From positions 387,926-451,925 of the IMG/VR virus record IMGVR_UViG_3300037484_000445: a stretch of 64,000 bases of DNA; one strand, given 5' to 3'. The position numbers were made by a program, and so were the translations under genes. The stretch's first letter is position 1, and each line of letters opens with the position of its first letter. Origin of the DNA: a virus. Its lineage: Duplodnaviria; Heunggongvirae; Uroviricota; Caudoviricetes. Shown here one piece after another: positions 28,333 to 37,251 of this stretch. The notes beneath the pieces are model-generated. The model was given only the letters and a program-made list of their open reading frames with translations, ran no database searches and had not been told where the DNA came from.

Positions 28333-28369
28333 AAGAACAGGCATAGTTAGTCCACTTATGCCTGTTCTT
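28333..28369. terminator. 13-bp hairpin overlapping a CTTAT promoter-like motif
   Basis: AAGAACAGGCATA / TATGCCTGTTCTT. Confidence 0.55.
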
Positions 28370-28375
28370 CCACGA

Positions 28376-28747
28376 GACCTGTGCTCTACGCGGCCCCTTA
28401 GCCGCGGAAGAGTAGAACACCGTGAACAGAGAATTCAAAATCGGAGGACACGTCACTTTCATTGACTCCCATTTCGTGGAGCATGATGCCTTGATCACTC
28501 AAGTTTGGGGCAAAGAGGATGTAGTCAACCACTACTACCCTGCATGCAACGTGGTTTGGGTCAGTGGGGATGAGTCCAAGACGGATCCTTACGGGCGTCA
28601 ACTGGAGAGGGCGACTTCAATCGTTCACATCAGCATGAACCCCGCCAAGGCGATGTGTTGGAAGTGGCCCGACGAGTAGTCTGAGATTCTCCCTAGTGGT
28701 ACCGATGAGGCGCCATAACAGCTAGGAAGCCGCGTAGAGCACAGGTC
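28376..28747. repeat. Perfect 19-bp inverted repeat (28376-28394 / 28729-28747) enclosing one ORF
   Basis: GACCTGTGCTCTACGCGGC / GCCGCGTAGAGCACAGGTC, extendable to 27 bp with 2 mismatches and 1 G-U pair. Confidence 0.95.
28422..28679 (+). CDS. Small beta-rich protein
   Basis: 85 aa; KIG..V.F.D...ALIT.VWG...N...DPYGRQLER.TS. Confidence 0.8.
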   Translation: MNREFKIGGHVTFIDSHFVEHDALITQVWGKEDVVNHYYPACNVVWVSGDESKTDPYGRQLERATSIVHISMNPAKAMCWKWPDE

Positions 28748-28783
28748 CCAGGGGGAGTACGCATGTCTGGTGTATACACAGGC

Positions 28784-29821
28784 ATGCGTGGAATTTTGAC
28801 AGCCTACGAGTGGAACAACCAGAACCTGTTGAAGCTGTCGGACATCTACGGTAGCCTTGCAGAGCGTCGCATCGTCGAGCTGGTTGTTCGTAGTAGGCGA
28901 CGAGATTGCCTGGTAACCCTACAAGGGGATGAGCTCACCCAGTTCAAATCTGGGTACGGTATCACGGGGGGTCGTTCGAAGATCTGCTTTGCTGAGGAGG
29001 CTTGTTGGCCTGAACTCTGGACCGCTCTGAACTGGAAACTACCTGTACCTATTCAATTCAGTACACCGACCGTGACCACGTATGACGTCGAGCTGCCGGG
29101 TCAAGACAACGTAAAAATCCCCTCGATCGTAAGTAGAATTTCCGAGGTGCGGGACCTGGTGTTGGAAGTCCTTGAAGAGAAGCTTCCAGATTTAATAGGT
29201 AAGCTTCTTCCGAGCTTGGTGGAAAAGCACTTAGGCTCAACGCCCTTGTTAGAGGCAAATAGTCCCGCCGCCCCTTATACGTACCGCGGGGAACTGAAGT
29301 GTTCTTCCGTGGAACCTTACAGAACCTTGGAAGAATTGGTGAAGGATCTCAGCCTAAATTCTGGGCAAAAAGTCACATCTGACCGCTGTAGGATGATGCT
29401 TAGTTATTTCCAGTTTAACGGGCCTCCTTGGCGACGTTCTGAGGGTGGGCAGACCTATTGGGACGACGATACTTACGTGAGCTTGCTTCACATTTTGCTC
29501 TTGAATCAAAGTGCTGCGAACCTTTCCAAGATCCCTCAATACCGGGGCCGCCCAAAAACCAAGTACTTGGAGAAAAACGAGCGTGACGTCGCAACTATGA
29601 TTTCAGACTTGCGGCGAGTAACCGGTATCAAAATCAGTGAAAACGATATGGCGAGATTCTTTGTGGATAAGCAGATGATATCGCCACCTTGGCGACGATT
29701 GGACCAGAGCACTGGCGTCATCTACTGGGACATCGAAGCCTTTGAAGAGTTAGTTCGAATGTGTCGGGAGGGCGATGTTGTTCTCCCAGGAGGTCAAACC
29801 TGTGCCAGGCCCAATCTCTGA
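28784..29821 (+). CDS. Putative DNA-binding regulator (ORF6N/Bro-like N-terminus plus two repeated C-terminal domains)
   Basis: Class B motif 28769-28774; LQGDELTQFK; PPWRR...G..YWD twice. Confidence 0.6.
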   Translation: MRGILTAYEWNNQNLLKLSDIYGSLAERRIVELVVRSRRRDCLVTLQGDELTQFKSGYGITGGRSKICFAEEACWPELWTALNWKLPVPIQFSTPTVTTYDVELPGQDNVKIPSIVSRISEVRDLVLEVLEEKLPDLIGKLLPSLVEKHLGSTPLLEANSPAAPYTYRGELKCSSVEPYRTLEELVKDLSLNSGQKVTSDRCRMMLSYFQFNGPPWRRSEGGQTYWDDDTYVSLLHILLLNQSAANLSKIPQYRGRPKTKYLEKNERDVATMISDLRRVTGIKISENDMARFFVDKQMISPPWRRLDQSTGVIYWDIEAFEELVRMCREGDVVLPGGQTCARPNL

Positions 29822-30044
29822 TAGTTATGACCCTGAGTTCAGTACCGGTGCCAATGCCAACGATGTTCGTGAGGGTATTCGCGACGTGGTGGATCGTATT
29901 GGCGAGGTACTTGGGGAGAAGCTCCTCAACATCGTTGAGATAGTTCACTCGGAGAATCTCCAGAACAAGGTACCAATTGAGCTGACGGAGCAAGAGCTCC
30001 GTATCATCCGCTTCGGATTAAACCGAGCTATTGAGACAATTTGA
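29775..30044 (+). CDS. Hypothetical protein
   Basis: GGAGG RBS, 89 aa. Confidence 0.7.
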   Translation: MLFSQEVKPVPGPISDSYDPEFSTGANANDVREGIRDVVDRIGEVLGEKLLNIVEIVHSENLQNKVPIELTEQELRIIRFGLNRAIETI

Positions 30045-30050
30045 GGGCTT

Positions 30051-30338
30051 ATGCCACAACCAATGCAGCCCTTGTATCGTGATGAGGATAGTATTCCAAG
30101 GTTCCGAAAGAACAGCATTGTACGGCATCTGTTGGATAAGGCCAGAACCCACGGTATTGACCTGAGTTACCTATCCACCCAAGACTTCCCCAGAGAGGAC
30201 TGGGAGCAGTTTGCCCAGTTGATTGGGTACAGTCTAACTGGGTGGAGTGACCTGAACTACGTTTCAGACGAAGCTTACAAAAAGGCTTCAGAAGCCGCCG
30301 AAGCCTTACCTGAGGACGCACCCCTATCTCGAGTCTAG
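30051..30338 (+). CDS. Conserved phage-type hypothetical protein
   Basis: RFRKNSIVRHLLD, EQFAQLIGYSL, YVSDE. Confidence 0.8.
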   Translation: MPQPMQPLYRDEDSIPRFRKNSIVRHLLDKARTHGIDLSYLSTQDFPREDWEQFAQLIGYSLTGWSDLNYVSDEAYKKASEAAEALPEDAPLSRV

Positions 30339-30385
30339 ACGTGTTGATATCTTAATCTTCCACCCAGCCGACACGTATTACCAGC

Positions 30386-30907
30386 ATGAGCCTCCTGATC
30401 CATAAAGCTCTGAAGTACGCGGAGCTCAAGCACCGAGGACAGAAGCGTAAGGTTTCAGGGGCCGACTACATCACCCACCCGATCATGGTGTCGTACCTGG
30501 CAGCGAACTACAAGCGCTCTAAGGCCCTTGAGACCCTGATCTGTGCCGCTATCCTGCATGATACGGTAGAAGACACCAACGCATCCTACAACGATATCCT
30601 ACGCCGGTTTGGGATGCCCGTAGCCTCTATCGTGTTCGAGCTCACTTCGGACCCCGTGGCCCTGAAGGCTGTCGGAAAGCTGGAATACCTCAAGGCTCAT
30701 ATGGCTGGGATGTCCAGCTACGCCCTTTTCCTGAAGCTTTGCGACCGTTTGGCTAACATCCTGGACAACCCGTCGGCTAAGCAGTTGAACGAAACCCGGA
30801 AGATCTTGGAACACCTGCGAAAGCGCCGCCGATTGACGAAAAGCCACTTGGCCGTCATGGCTGAGATCGAGAAGATCTTGGATAATCGACAGCTTACACT
30901 AGTGTGA
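30386..30907 (+). CDS. Mesh1/SpoT-type HD hydrolase (small alarmone hydrolase-like)
   Basis: HRGQKRK.SG..YITHP, AAILHDTVEDT, KLCDRLAN; class A motif. Confidence 0.92.
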   Translation: MSLLIHKALKYAELKHRGQKRKVSGADYITHPIMVSYLAANYKRSKALETLICAAILHDTVEDTNASYNDILRRFGMPVASIVFELTSDPVALKAVGKLEYLKAHMAGMSSYALFLKLCDRLANILDNPSAKQLNETRKILEHLRKRRRLTKSHLAVMAEIEKILDNRQLTLV

Positions 30908-31025
30908 AAGAGTTTCTTGCTCTCGGCGTGAAACGAGCTACCTTTGATAGTTGAGCCATTGGAAATAGCACTCTAGGTGGTTTCTTTTGGCTCCACTATT
31001 TTTGGTTCACCCGTAGGAACCTGAT

Positions 31026-31065
31026 AGGAAACCCACTGGAGGCCTAGTCCTTTAGTGGGTTTCCT
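31026..31065. other. 17-bp stem hairpin just upstream of ATG 31071
   Basis: AGGAAACCCACTGGAGG / CCTTTAGTGGGTTTCCT with G-U pairs on the + strand. Confidence 0.6.
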
Positions 31066-31070
31066 TGCGT

Positions 31071-31367
31071 ATGACCTCTAGGATGTTCAAGCTAGGATCG
31101 GGCATCAAGTTCCGAGGATCAGTCGGGACTGGCGGAAACCTAGTGTTGGAGGTCCGTAGGCCGGATGCCTGGTACCCAGTGACCGCTCCGGACCTGCAAG
31201 CCAGCGCCCTGCAAGCATTGGCATTGGCGGCTATAGGAGCTCCCCCAAGTGGCTTTGCTTTCACCTTCGACGACCGCTTCATCGAAGGTGTGCCGAACGC
31301 CTCAGACCCTAACTACGCCCAGTACAACCCATTTGTCGTGAGGGCTGCCCAACAGTTTGGTTGCTAG
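31071..31367 (+). CDS. Hypothetical protein
   Basis: 98 aa ORF. Confidence 0.65.
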   Translation: MTSRMFKLGSGIKFRGSVGTGGNLVLEVRRPDAWYPVTAPDLQASALQALALAAIGAPPSGFAFTFDDRFIEGVPNASDPNYAQYNPFVVRAAQQFGC

Positions 31368-31368
31368 G

Positions 31369-31860
31369 CTACTTCTCCCAATCCGGGATTTTGGGCTCGA
31401 CCTCGGCGACGACTTTCTTCAGGAAAGATTCCAGATAGTCGAGGATTGCTTGAGGCGTGGCTGTCTTCGCCCGTAGGTTCCACTTTCGATCGAGGGCGTT
31501 TATCCTCTGCGTGATCTTGACTTTTCCTGGAGCGGGGACGTTCGGGTCCTTCTTGTCGAAGCCTTCGATGGAGAACAACATCCGATTGTTCTCTCCAAGG
31601 GCGCCTCGAACCCTCTCCCTCGGAAGATTGTAGAAGTTGATGAAGGCCATATTGTGCCCGCCTAGGGCAGCACCTTCATCGGCTGCAATAGTTCGATCCC
31701 CAACATCTAAGTCCTTGGCTTTACTCAAGAATTCCTTGAGACTTAGGTTTTCGGCGGCGACTCTCTCTGTCATGGTGCGTATCTTAGAAGCCAGAACGGC
31801 CCGAAAGGGCGATCCTGAACTAGAGTAGTCGTACGCGGTGGGGGAGGAGATCTTGGCCAT
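31369..31860 (-). CDS. Putative virion-internal protein (YDY motif, ERVAA)
   Basis: TCCACTTATGCC motif and GGAGG RBS before ATG 31860. Confidence 0.6.
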   Translation of the reverse strand: MAKISSPTAYDYSSSGSPFRAVLASKIRTMTERVAAENLSLKEFLSKAKDLDVGDRTIAADEGAALGGHNMAFINFYNLPRERVRGALGENNRMLFSIEGFDKKDPNVPAPGKVKITQRINALDRKWNLRAKTATPQAILDYLESFLKKVVAEVEPKIPDWEK

Positions 31861-31902
31861 CACCTCCCCCTGGGGCATAAGTGGATTTGACAGGCCTTTT
31901 GG

Positions 31903-32148
31903 TCAGCTTTTGGCTTGAGCTTCTCGGAAGCCGATGACCGAGAGGAGGGCCCGCTGGGTAAACGCCGTGGAGAGCGTCAAAATGTTGTCGGTTGTGCCGG
32001 TGGCTTCACACCAGGCACGAAAATAGGGTCGTACCTCACTCGAGATAGTGCCCTTCACCACGAGATCTCGGGTGCAGGTATAGAGTTCCTCAGCTTCTTC
32101 GGCCGTTAGGTGAGTGAACGTCTTTTCTGGGCCAACTTCGAGGCTCAT
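31903..32148 (-). CDS. Hypothetical protein
   Basis: 81 aa ORF in operon. Confidence 0.65.
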   Translation of the reverse strand: MSLEVGPEKTFTHLTAEEAEELYTCTRDLVVKGTISSEVRPYFRAWCEATGTTDNILTLSTAFTQRALLSVIGFREAQAKS

Positions 32149-32160
32149 GTTGGGGGATCC

Positions 32161-32373
32161 TTAGGTGTAGTGTGTTTGGTTGTAGCGGTTGCCTTGTACG
32201 AGACCAGTGGCTCGCATGATAGTGTTGCCGTCTGAGAAGGTAATCGTTTCGTCGTTGATCTTGTCTACGGTGACCGAGGCTTCTTTGCCGTCGGGGTAGT
32301 GAGCTGTGAAAGGTGTGCCGACTTCAGCCTTGATGCGAGCCATCACGATATCCAGGTGCTTTGCTGAGTTCAT
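32161..32373 (-). CDS. Hypothetical protein
   Basis: GAGGA RBS, ATGA overlap. Confidence 0.7.
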   Translation of the reverse strand: MNSAKHLDIVMARIKAEVGTPFTAHYPDGKEASVTVDKINDETITFSDGNTIMRATGLVQGNRYNQTHYT

Positions 32374-32903
32374 TTGGATCCTCGCTTCACCAACAAGTGT
32401 GCCCTCGCTACACAGGTGGCTTCTTCTTCAGTTGCAAATGCTTCATTCGTAGCATCGTCATCGCCGTCGACTGACACTTCTTTGACGTACCAAAGGCCAT
32501 GAAGTTGGCCAACATGGACTTCGACGAGATCTAGGTTTTCCCCAGTTCTGTATGAATCCAGGCACTTGGACGACTCCAACTCTTTGCGCTCGTGAGCGTC
32601 TTCAGCACAGCCCGCAAGACGTACGAGTTCCTTGTAACGCTCGGGTTCATTAACTTCGGACACGGATTCGTAGGATACTAGTCCGAGAAGGACAACCCTA
32701 ATTACATCGTCGACAGTTCCGTGACACGTCGGCACCAACATGACAGCCCTTCTGGTGCAAGTCTCGTACGTACGCCGGCCAGATTGATCTTTGGTATAGA
32801 CATCTAGACGCTTTTCGACGAAGACCAAGATACTATCGGCTGAAATACGCACAGCTTTTGCGCTGGAGGAAACCTGGCCGTCGGAAGATGTTGTGATCGC
32901 CAT
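32370..32903 (-). CDS. Hypothetical protein sharing a domain with 33733-34197
   Basis: Class A motif 32912-32938; VEVHVGQLHGLWYV. Confidence 0.75.
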   Translation of the reverse strand: MAITTSSDGQVSSSAKAVRISADSILVFVEKRLDVYTKDQSGRRTYETCTRRAVMLVPTCHGTVDDVIRVVLLGLVSYESVSEVNEPERYKELVRLAGCAEDAHERKELESSKCLDSYRTGENLDLVEVHVGQLHGLWYVKEVSVDGDDDATNEAFATEEEATCVARAHLLVKRGSK

Positions 32904-32933
32904 AGTTCTAGTACGTACCTTGTGTTGGGAGAC

Positions 32934-33134
32934 TTAAGGTTTTCGAGGCACTATCAGATCCGGCACAGGTGCGAGGAATTTCAGGGTTGGGTGTTGCGCT
33001 TGCAATCGTCGAAGGTAATCGTTGACGCCACGAACATCCTCGCGGGTGAGCTTCAACGGTGCGGATTCACCTAAAGGGGGATCCGTCCACCAAGCTGGAT
33101 CTGCAAGGTTGTGAACTTTTGGTTGGTCTGGCAT
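32934..33134 (-). CDS. Hypothetical protein
   Basis: Class A motif 33144-33170 fixes the start at ATG 33134. Confidence 0.7.
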   Translation of the reverse strand: MPDQPKVHNLADPAWWTDPPLGESAPLKLTREDVRGVNDYLRRLQAQHPTLKFLAPVPDLIVPRKP

Positions 33135-33174
33135 AGGTCTCAATACGTGAAGTAGCCCGGAAGTATTAAGGCCC

Positions 33175-33492
33175 TCACCCTGGTTCCGTGTAAGGAATGT
33201 GAGGAAAGTAAAGGATGGTCTCAGTCGAGGTTATGGGGACTTTTTGGGAATTCGAAAGTGTTTCGACGACGGCTTCTACGATGGCCTGGATGCCCTGTTG
33301 CGCCTCGCTTTGGCTCAAGGCACTGATAGCATTACCCGTCAAACCGATGAGGCACTTCAAGGGATCCTTCGTCGCAATGCCAAGACATAGCGGAAAACCC
33401 TCTTCACCGTGTCCCAGGGTGGCGGCGAATACTCGAGTTGGGTCAATGGCTTGAGCTGCTGAAATAACAGCCTTGTGGACTTCTTGTGTCAT
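33175..33492 (-). CDS. Hypothetical protein
   Basis: AAGGA RBS, ATGA overlap. Confidence 0.7.
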   Translation of the reverse strand: MTQEVHKAVISAAQAIDPTRVFAATLGHGEEGFPLCLGIATKDPLKCLIGLTGNAISALSQSEAQQGIQAIVEAVVETLSNSQKVPITSTETILYFPHIPYTEPG

Positions 33493-33755
33493 CGGGGTTT
33501 TCCTTGAAGCGTTGAGAGTGCCAATAGGCGCTCTAGGCAGCGTTGTAGACGTTCGAGTTTTCCCGACGTCAGCTTGGTGTGAACGAGGCCCTTTCGGGGG
33601 AGGGTTCGACGATAACGACCTTGGACCGATCGCTGTTGAGCTTGGGCTTGGAGGCGGCGTTCTTCCTCCAAAATTTGCATTCTCAGCCTTATTTCAACGC
33701 CGCTCAGGGACTCTGTTTTGGACATGGCATCCTCACGCACATGGCACCCAGTCAC
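33489..33755 (-). CDS. Small basic coiled-coil protein (start probably at MSKTE)
   Basis: GAGGA before internal ATG. Confidence 0.55.
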   Translation of the reverse strand: MTGCHVREDAMSKTESLSGVEIRLRMQILEEERRLQAQAQQRSVQGRYRRTLPRKGLVHTKLTSGKLERLQRCLERLLALSTLQGKPR

Positions 33756-34197
33756 CTTCGACCAGGCAGCGGATTTGGTAGTCCTTCAAGTGGTGCTTGA
33801 TTTGATAGGATTCGGCTTGTTCCCACGTACTAAATCTCTCGAGGGGCCGGTCCGAGTAGAGACTGAATAGACCAGCGCCATCGGGTTCATCTGAGAAATC
33901 GTCTGCAAGAGCGTCTAGGAAGCCCTGTGCATCGGTGTGAAGCCCACCCTCATGGTTGGTCGTTGCCAGTTGTTTGGCGGCTTTCTTGGCCCATTCTCGT
34001 GTCTTGTAGTCGGTGTCTGAAGCTACATCTTCGTCGATGGTCCGGACATACCAAAGGTCGCCTGCTTTACCGATCTGAACTTCGACGTCATAGACATTAG
34101 CACGGCCACTATTTGGACAGAGGGCCACATAACTGCAGACGGTGTGCCATTGACTTACAGCCGCCTTTGCAGTCCGAGGTAAGATGTTGGGGGTCAT
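33733..34197 (-). CDS. Hypothetical protein sharing a domain with 32370-32903
   Basis: VEVQIGKAGDLWYV. Confidence 0.7.
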   Translation of the reverse strand: MTPNILPRTAKAAVSQWHTVCSYVALCPNSGRANVYDVEVQIGKAGDLWYVRTIDEDVASDTDYKTREWAKKAAKQLATTNHEGGLHTDAQGFLDALADDFSDEPDGAGLFSLYSDRPLERFSTWEQAESYQIKHHLKDYQIRCLVEGDWVPCA

Positions 34198-34514
34198 GGA
34201 GGCAATACGAGAAGCGGGTCCGTCGAGTTAAGAGACCTCTCGTAGCCAACGTAGTAATCTTCAGGCATTACAAGCGTAGGCCGGCTGAAGCGATGCTTCT
34301 CGTTTTCCCAGACGGCTTTCATTTCTTGAGCTCGCCGCTTGTCCTCTTCGGCTTGACGTAGCTCTTCTTCTGACTTAACGAAGTTCCTTCGAGCCCGGCG
34401 TAGCACAACGAGAGACCCTAACAGGATAATAGCCGCCAAGATCAAGCACACCAAAGCCGTATTGGTGAGAACTATTAGGGCCTGACGAGGATCGTGAAAG
34501 AAGGACAGCCGCAT
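34194..34514 (-). CDS. Single-TM coiled-coil protein
   Basis: Class A motif 34524-34549. Confidence 0.7.
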   Translation of the reverse strand: MRLSFFHDPRQALIVLTNTALVCLILAAIILLGSLVVLRRARRNFVKSEEELRQAEEDKRRAQEMKAVWENEKHRFSRPTLVMPEDYYVGYERSLNSTDPLLVLPP

Positions 34515-34527
34515 GGATGGCTATACG

Positions 34528-34800
34528 TCAGGTTTTCTCACTTTTTAAGGGGTTGGACACCTCTTGCTTGGCAATATGCGCTAAGTACCTCATCACCAGC
34601 CAATCTTGAACGCAGTTACCCGCTTCGCCGGATTCCTCACCGTCATCCACATACCGGATGTAGTTTTCCTTGAAACTTGCGAGTTCTTCTGTGGTTAGGC
34701 CTAGACGATCCAGATGTAGGTCGTTGCAGCCGTGGTTGCTAAACTCACTAGCAGCCTTATCCAAAAGATGAGCAAGAACCTTTAGTTGTGCCGCGGTCAT
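34528..34800 (-). CDS. Hypothetical protein (FSNHGCND motif)
   Basis: Class B motif 34811-34816 fixes the start at ATG 34800. Confidence 0.75.
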   Translation of the reverse strand: MTAAQLKVLAHLLDKAASEFSNHGCNDLHLDRLGLTTEELASFKENYIRYVDDGEESGEAGNCVQDWLVMRYLAHIAKQEVSNPLKSEKT

Positions 34801-34837
34801 GTCCTGTATATACACCAGACCCGGTGTATGGTAAGTC

Positions 34838-35116
34838 ATGCCCATAAAAATCCCCATCCACGGCATCCCCTTCAAACTATTCGAGGAAACTGGTACATAC
34901 CTAGCAAGGACTCGGGCTCTTCAAGCCCTGATCCACCTAGACGGTCTCTACTGGAAGTGCTCGCTGGTACTTCGGGTGAACGGCCAAGACTACGTAGGTC
35001 AAGGTAGGGCCATCGATCCCGCGGGAGCAGTTTTTCGTGCAAAAAGTGCAGCTACCAAAAGGTCTTTACGACACGCGGGTCCAGCTATTAATCCGACGAA
35101 GCCTCTTACCGTATAG
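34838..35116 (+). CDS. Hypothetical protein
   Basis: Class B motif 34823-34828. Confidence 0.7.
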   Translation: MPIKIPIHGIPFKLFEETGTYLARTRALQALIHLDGLYWKCSLVLRVNGQDYVGQGRAIDPAGAVFRAKSAATKRSLRHAGPAINPTKPLTV

Positions 35117-35121
35117 GAGGT

Positions 35122-35418
35122 ATGCGCCGTCGTCACCTTACTCAAGACCTGAATCATCGTCGAGACTTAGCTCGAAGCGTTCTTGCTTGTCCGAAGCTTT
35201 CTCACCTCAAGCCCATTGATCAAGTTCGTTGGGTCTCAGAGCACCATCAGGCTGCTCGGGTATCGGGTGCCTTTCTTGATGCCACTTCGGCCAACATGAT
35301 CCTACAGGTCCACGCCTGCTTGTCACCGACGAACCAGCAACGCCTCGAGAACATGCCCGTACGAGCCATGTTCGCCACAGTTTGTGCTGTTCTGAGCAGC
35401 CGTCACGAATCCAACTGA
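35122..35418 (+). CDS. Hypothetical protein (LDATSAN.I.QV...LS..NQ motif)
   Basis: Class A-like motif 35087-35113 and AGGAGG. Confidence 0.75.
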   Translation: MRRRHLTQDLNHRRDLARSVLACPKLSHLKPIDQVRWVSEHHQAARVSGAFLDATSANMILQVHACLSPTNQQRLENMPVRAMFATVCAVLSSRHESN

Positions 35419-35460
35419 TTTACCGGTATCCAACCATGGTGTTGCGGTGTAGCCGACACC

Positions 35461-36525
35461 ATGGCTAGAGGTCGCTTCATCGTAGTTGAGGGTATCGATG
35501 GCTGTGGGTCATCCACACAAGCACGGTTACTTAAGGATCGCCTAGAGGGCGAGGGTATCGGGACCCTCCTCACGTGCGAACCCTGCCAAGGGCTGATCGG
35601 CAGGATGATTCGCCAGAACTTGCGTAAAGAACTGACGGACCCCCGAGACAACCAGCCCCATTCTTTTGGGTGGGAAGTTTCGGCCCTCCTCTTCGCCGCG
35701 GATCGTCTGGACCACGTCCAGAAAGAGATTCTTCCAGCCCTAGAGAAGGGCCACTGGGTTGTTTCAGACCGCTATCTGTTCTCCAGCCTTACCTACCAGT
35801 CTTTGACAGCAGGGGTGACTCGAGGGGAGGCCTTGGAGTGGATCCAAGTACTCAACTGTCGGGCGCTCGTTCCCGATCTGACGATCATCATCAACGCCTC
35901 AGCGGATGTGGCCGCTAGCCGTCGAGCCAAACGGGGCGGGGCCAAAGAACTCTACGAAGAGGACGATCTTCAACGAGCCCTTGCCGAAGCCTACAGTAAT
36001 CCTCGTGATTACCTCCTACACAAGAATTACGCCCTTGTGGATGGGAACACTGATGATCCTCACGAGGTGTTCAAGAGTGTTTGGGCCCTTATTCAAAAGG
36101 CACAAACAGACGGGTTTCCCGACGCCCGATTCGGGTTGAGCCCGGCCCTGAAGCAGCAGATGATCACCAATGCTATTGAAATGTCCCGTAACCCGGGGCG
36201 CCGTCTTCTTGGCGGAAGTGGCCCCATTTTAGGCTACACGGAAATAGCCCGAAGATTGTTTCCTATCGAGCCTATGCCTCAAGGAGCGCTGCCTATTTAT
36301 GACAGAGACCCAGGAGGGCCAGAGCCTCTAAGGGTTGTCTTCCCCCTATTTGAAGAACCAGCTTCGTCAAAAGATGAAGCTGGTTCAGAGGCAGGGCCTG
36401 TTACTCGACAAGAAGCAGCGATTGCTGGCCTCAAGTTGATATACGGTGGAGGAGCTGACACGACCGTTGAGGAAGCTCCTGGGGCCACCCCACCAGAGGG
36501 TGATGACGATCCTGACGTAGCTTGA
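35461..36525 (+). CDS. tmk: Thymidylate kinase with a C-terminal extension of about 135 aa
   Basis: EGIDGCGSSTQ P-loop, LLFAADRLDH, SDRY..SSLTYQ, PDLT. Confidence 0.93.
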   Translation: MARGRFIVVEGIDGCGSSTQARLLKDRLEGEGIGTLLTCEPCQGLIGRMIRQNLRKELTDPRDNQPHSFGWEVSALLFAADRLDHVQKEILPALEKGHWVVSDRYLFSSLTYQSLTAGVTRGEALEWIQVLNCRALVPDLTIIINASADVAASRRAKRGGAKELYEEDDLQRALAEAYSNPRDYLLHKNYALVDGNTDDPHEVFKSVWALIQKAQTDGFPDARFGLSPALKQQMITNAIEMSRNPGRRLLGGSGPILGYTEIARRLFPIEPMPQGALPIYDRDPGGPEPLRVVFPLFEEPASSKDEAGSEAGPVTRQEAAIAGLKLIYGGGADTTVEEAPGATPPEGDDDPDVA

Positions 36526-36749
36526 TGGCCAAGTGTAAGTATTGTGGTCGTGCCAATTGCCGACCTGGTCGGCCAAGGTGCCCTATGCAACGCAAAGTCA
36601 ACTCCAAGTGGGAGTTGTGTAATTGCGGGGCGTACCATTACACCCACCGTAAGGGATCAGGTATCTGTTACCATGCGAAGGATGCCGAGAAGAAGCAGTG
36701 GGAGAAGATCACAGGCACTTCTTGGGACACTGGCAAGCCAATCACATAG
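36525..36749 (+). CDS. Small Cys-rich zinc-binding protein
   Basis: CKYC...CNCGAYHYTHRKGSGIC. Confidence 0.75.
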   Translation: MAKCKYCGRANCRPGRPRCPMQRKVNSKWELCNCGAYHYTHRKGSGICYHAKDAEKKQWEKITGTSWDTGKPIT

Positions 36750-37251
36750 AGAAACCTTGCAGCTCTAACAGCCACAAGTCAAAGTCATCGGGGATTGAAT
36801 CCTTCGACCGCGGCCCCATGGCATCAGACCCTGTATGTAGTGTCGGGAGCCTCGGACCTTGGTAGAAAAATCCCAATGGTATGAGTCGAGAAACGTAGAC
36901 AGTTTCACCCTTTAGGACCCCGTAGAGTCCCTCCTGACGCTTTCCTAGGTTTTCTTCGGGGGTGAACCCAGGAGACAGATGGACTTGCACGAAGTCCACA
37001 GGATTGACGGTGAAAGGACCTTTTCGGTGGGCTAACGAGTGTTCTACCTCGGCGATAGTGGCCGGCAAGTGGCTGGGATCTTCAGGACATAGTTCCTCCC
37101 ACATGCAAATTTCTTCGTCCGTAGCTTCACGCTTCTCATCTTCAGCGTTGTTGTGTGGGACTAGGGTACGGCACTCTACATCAATGTAGAAGTGAAGGCG
37201 GTGCCTGGATCCTATTCGACGTAAGTTGCTTTCTCGTAGTTCCAAAGTCAC
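36742..37251 (-). CDS. Hypothetical protein
   Basis: AGGAG RBS, GTGA overlap. Confidence 0.7.
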   Translation of the reverse strand: MTLELRESNLRRIGSRHRLHFYIDVECRTLVPHNNAEDEKREATDEEICMWEELCPEDPSHLPATIAEVEHSLAHRKGPFTVNPVDFVQVHLSPGFTPEENLGKRQEGLYGVLKGETVYVSRLIPLGFFYQGPRLPTLHTGSDAMGPRSKDSIPDDFDLWLLELQGFSM

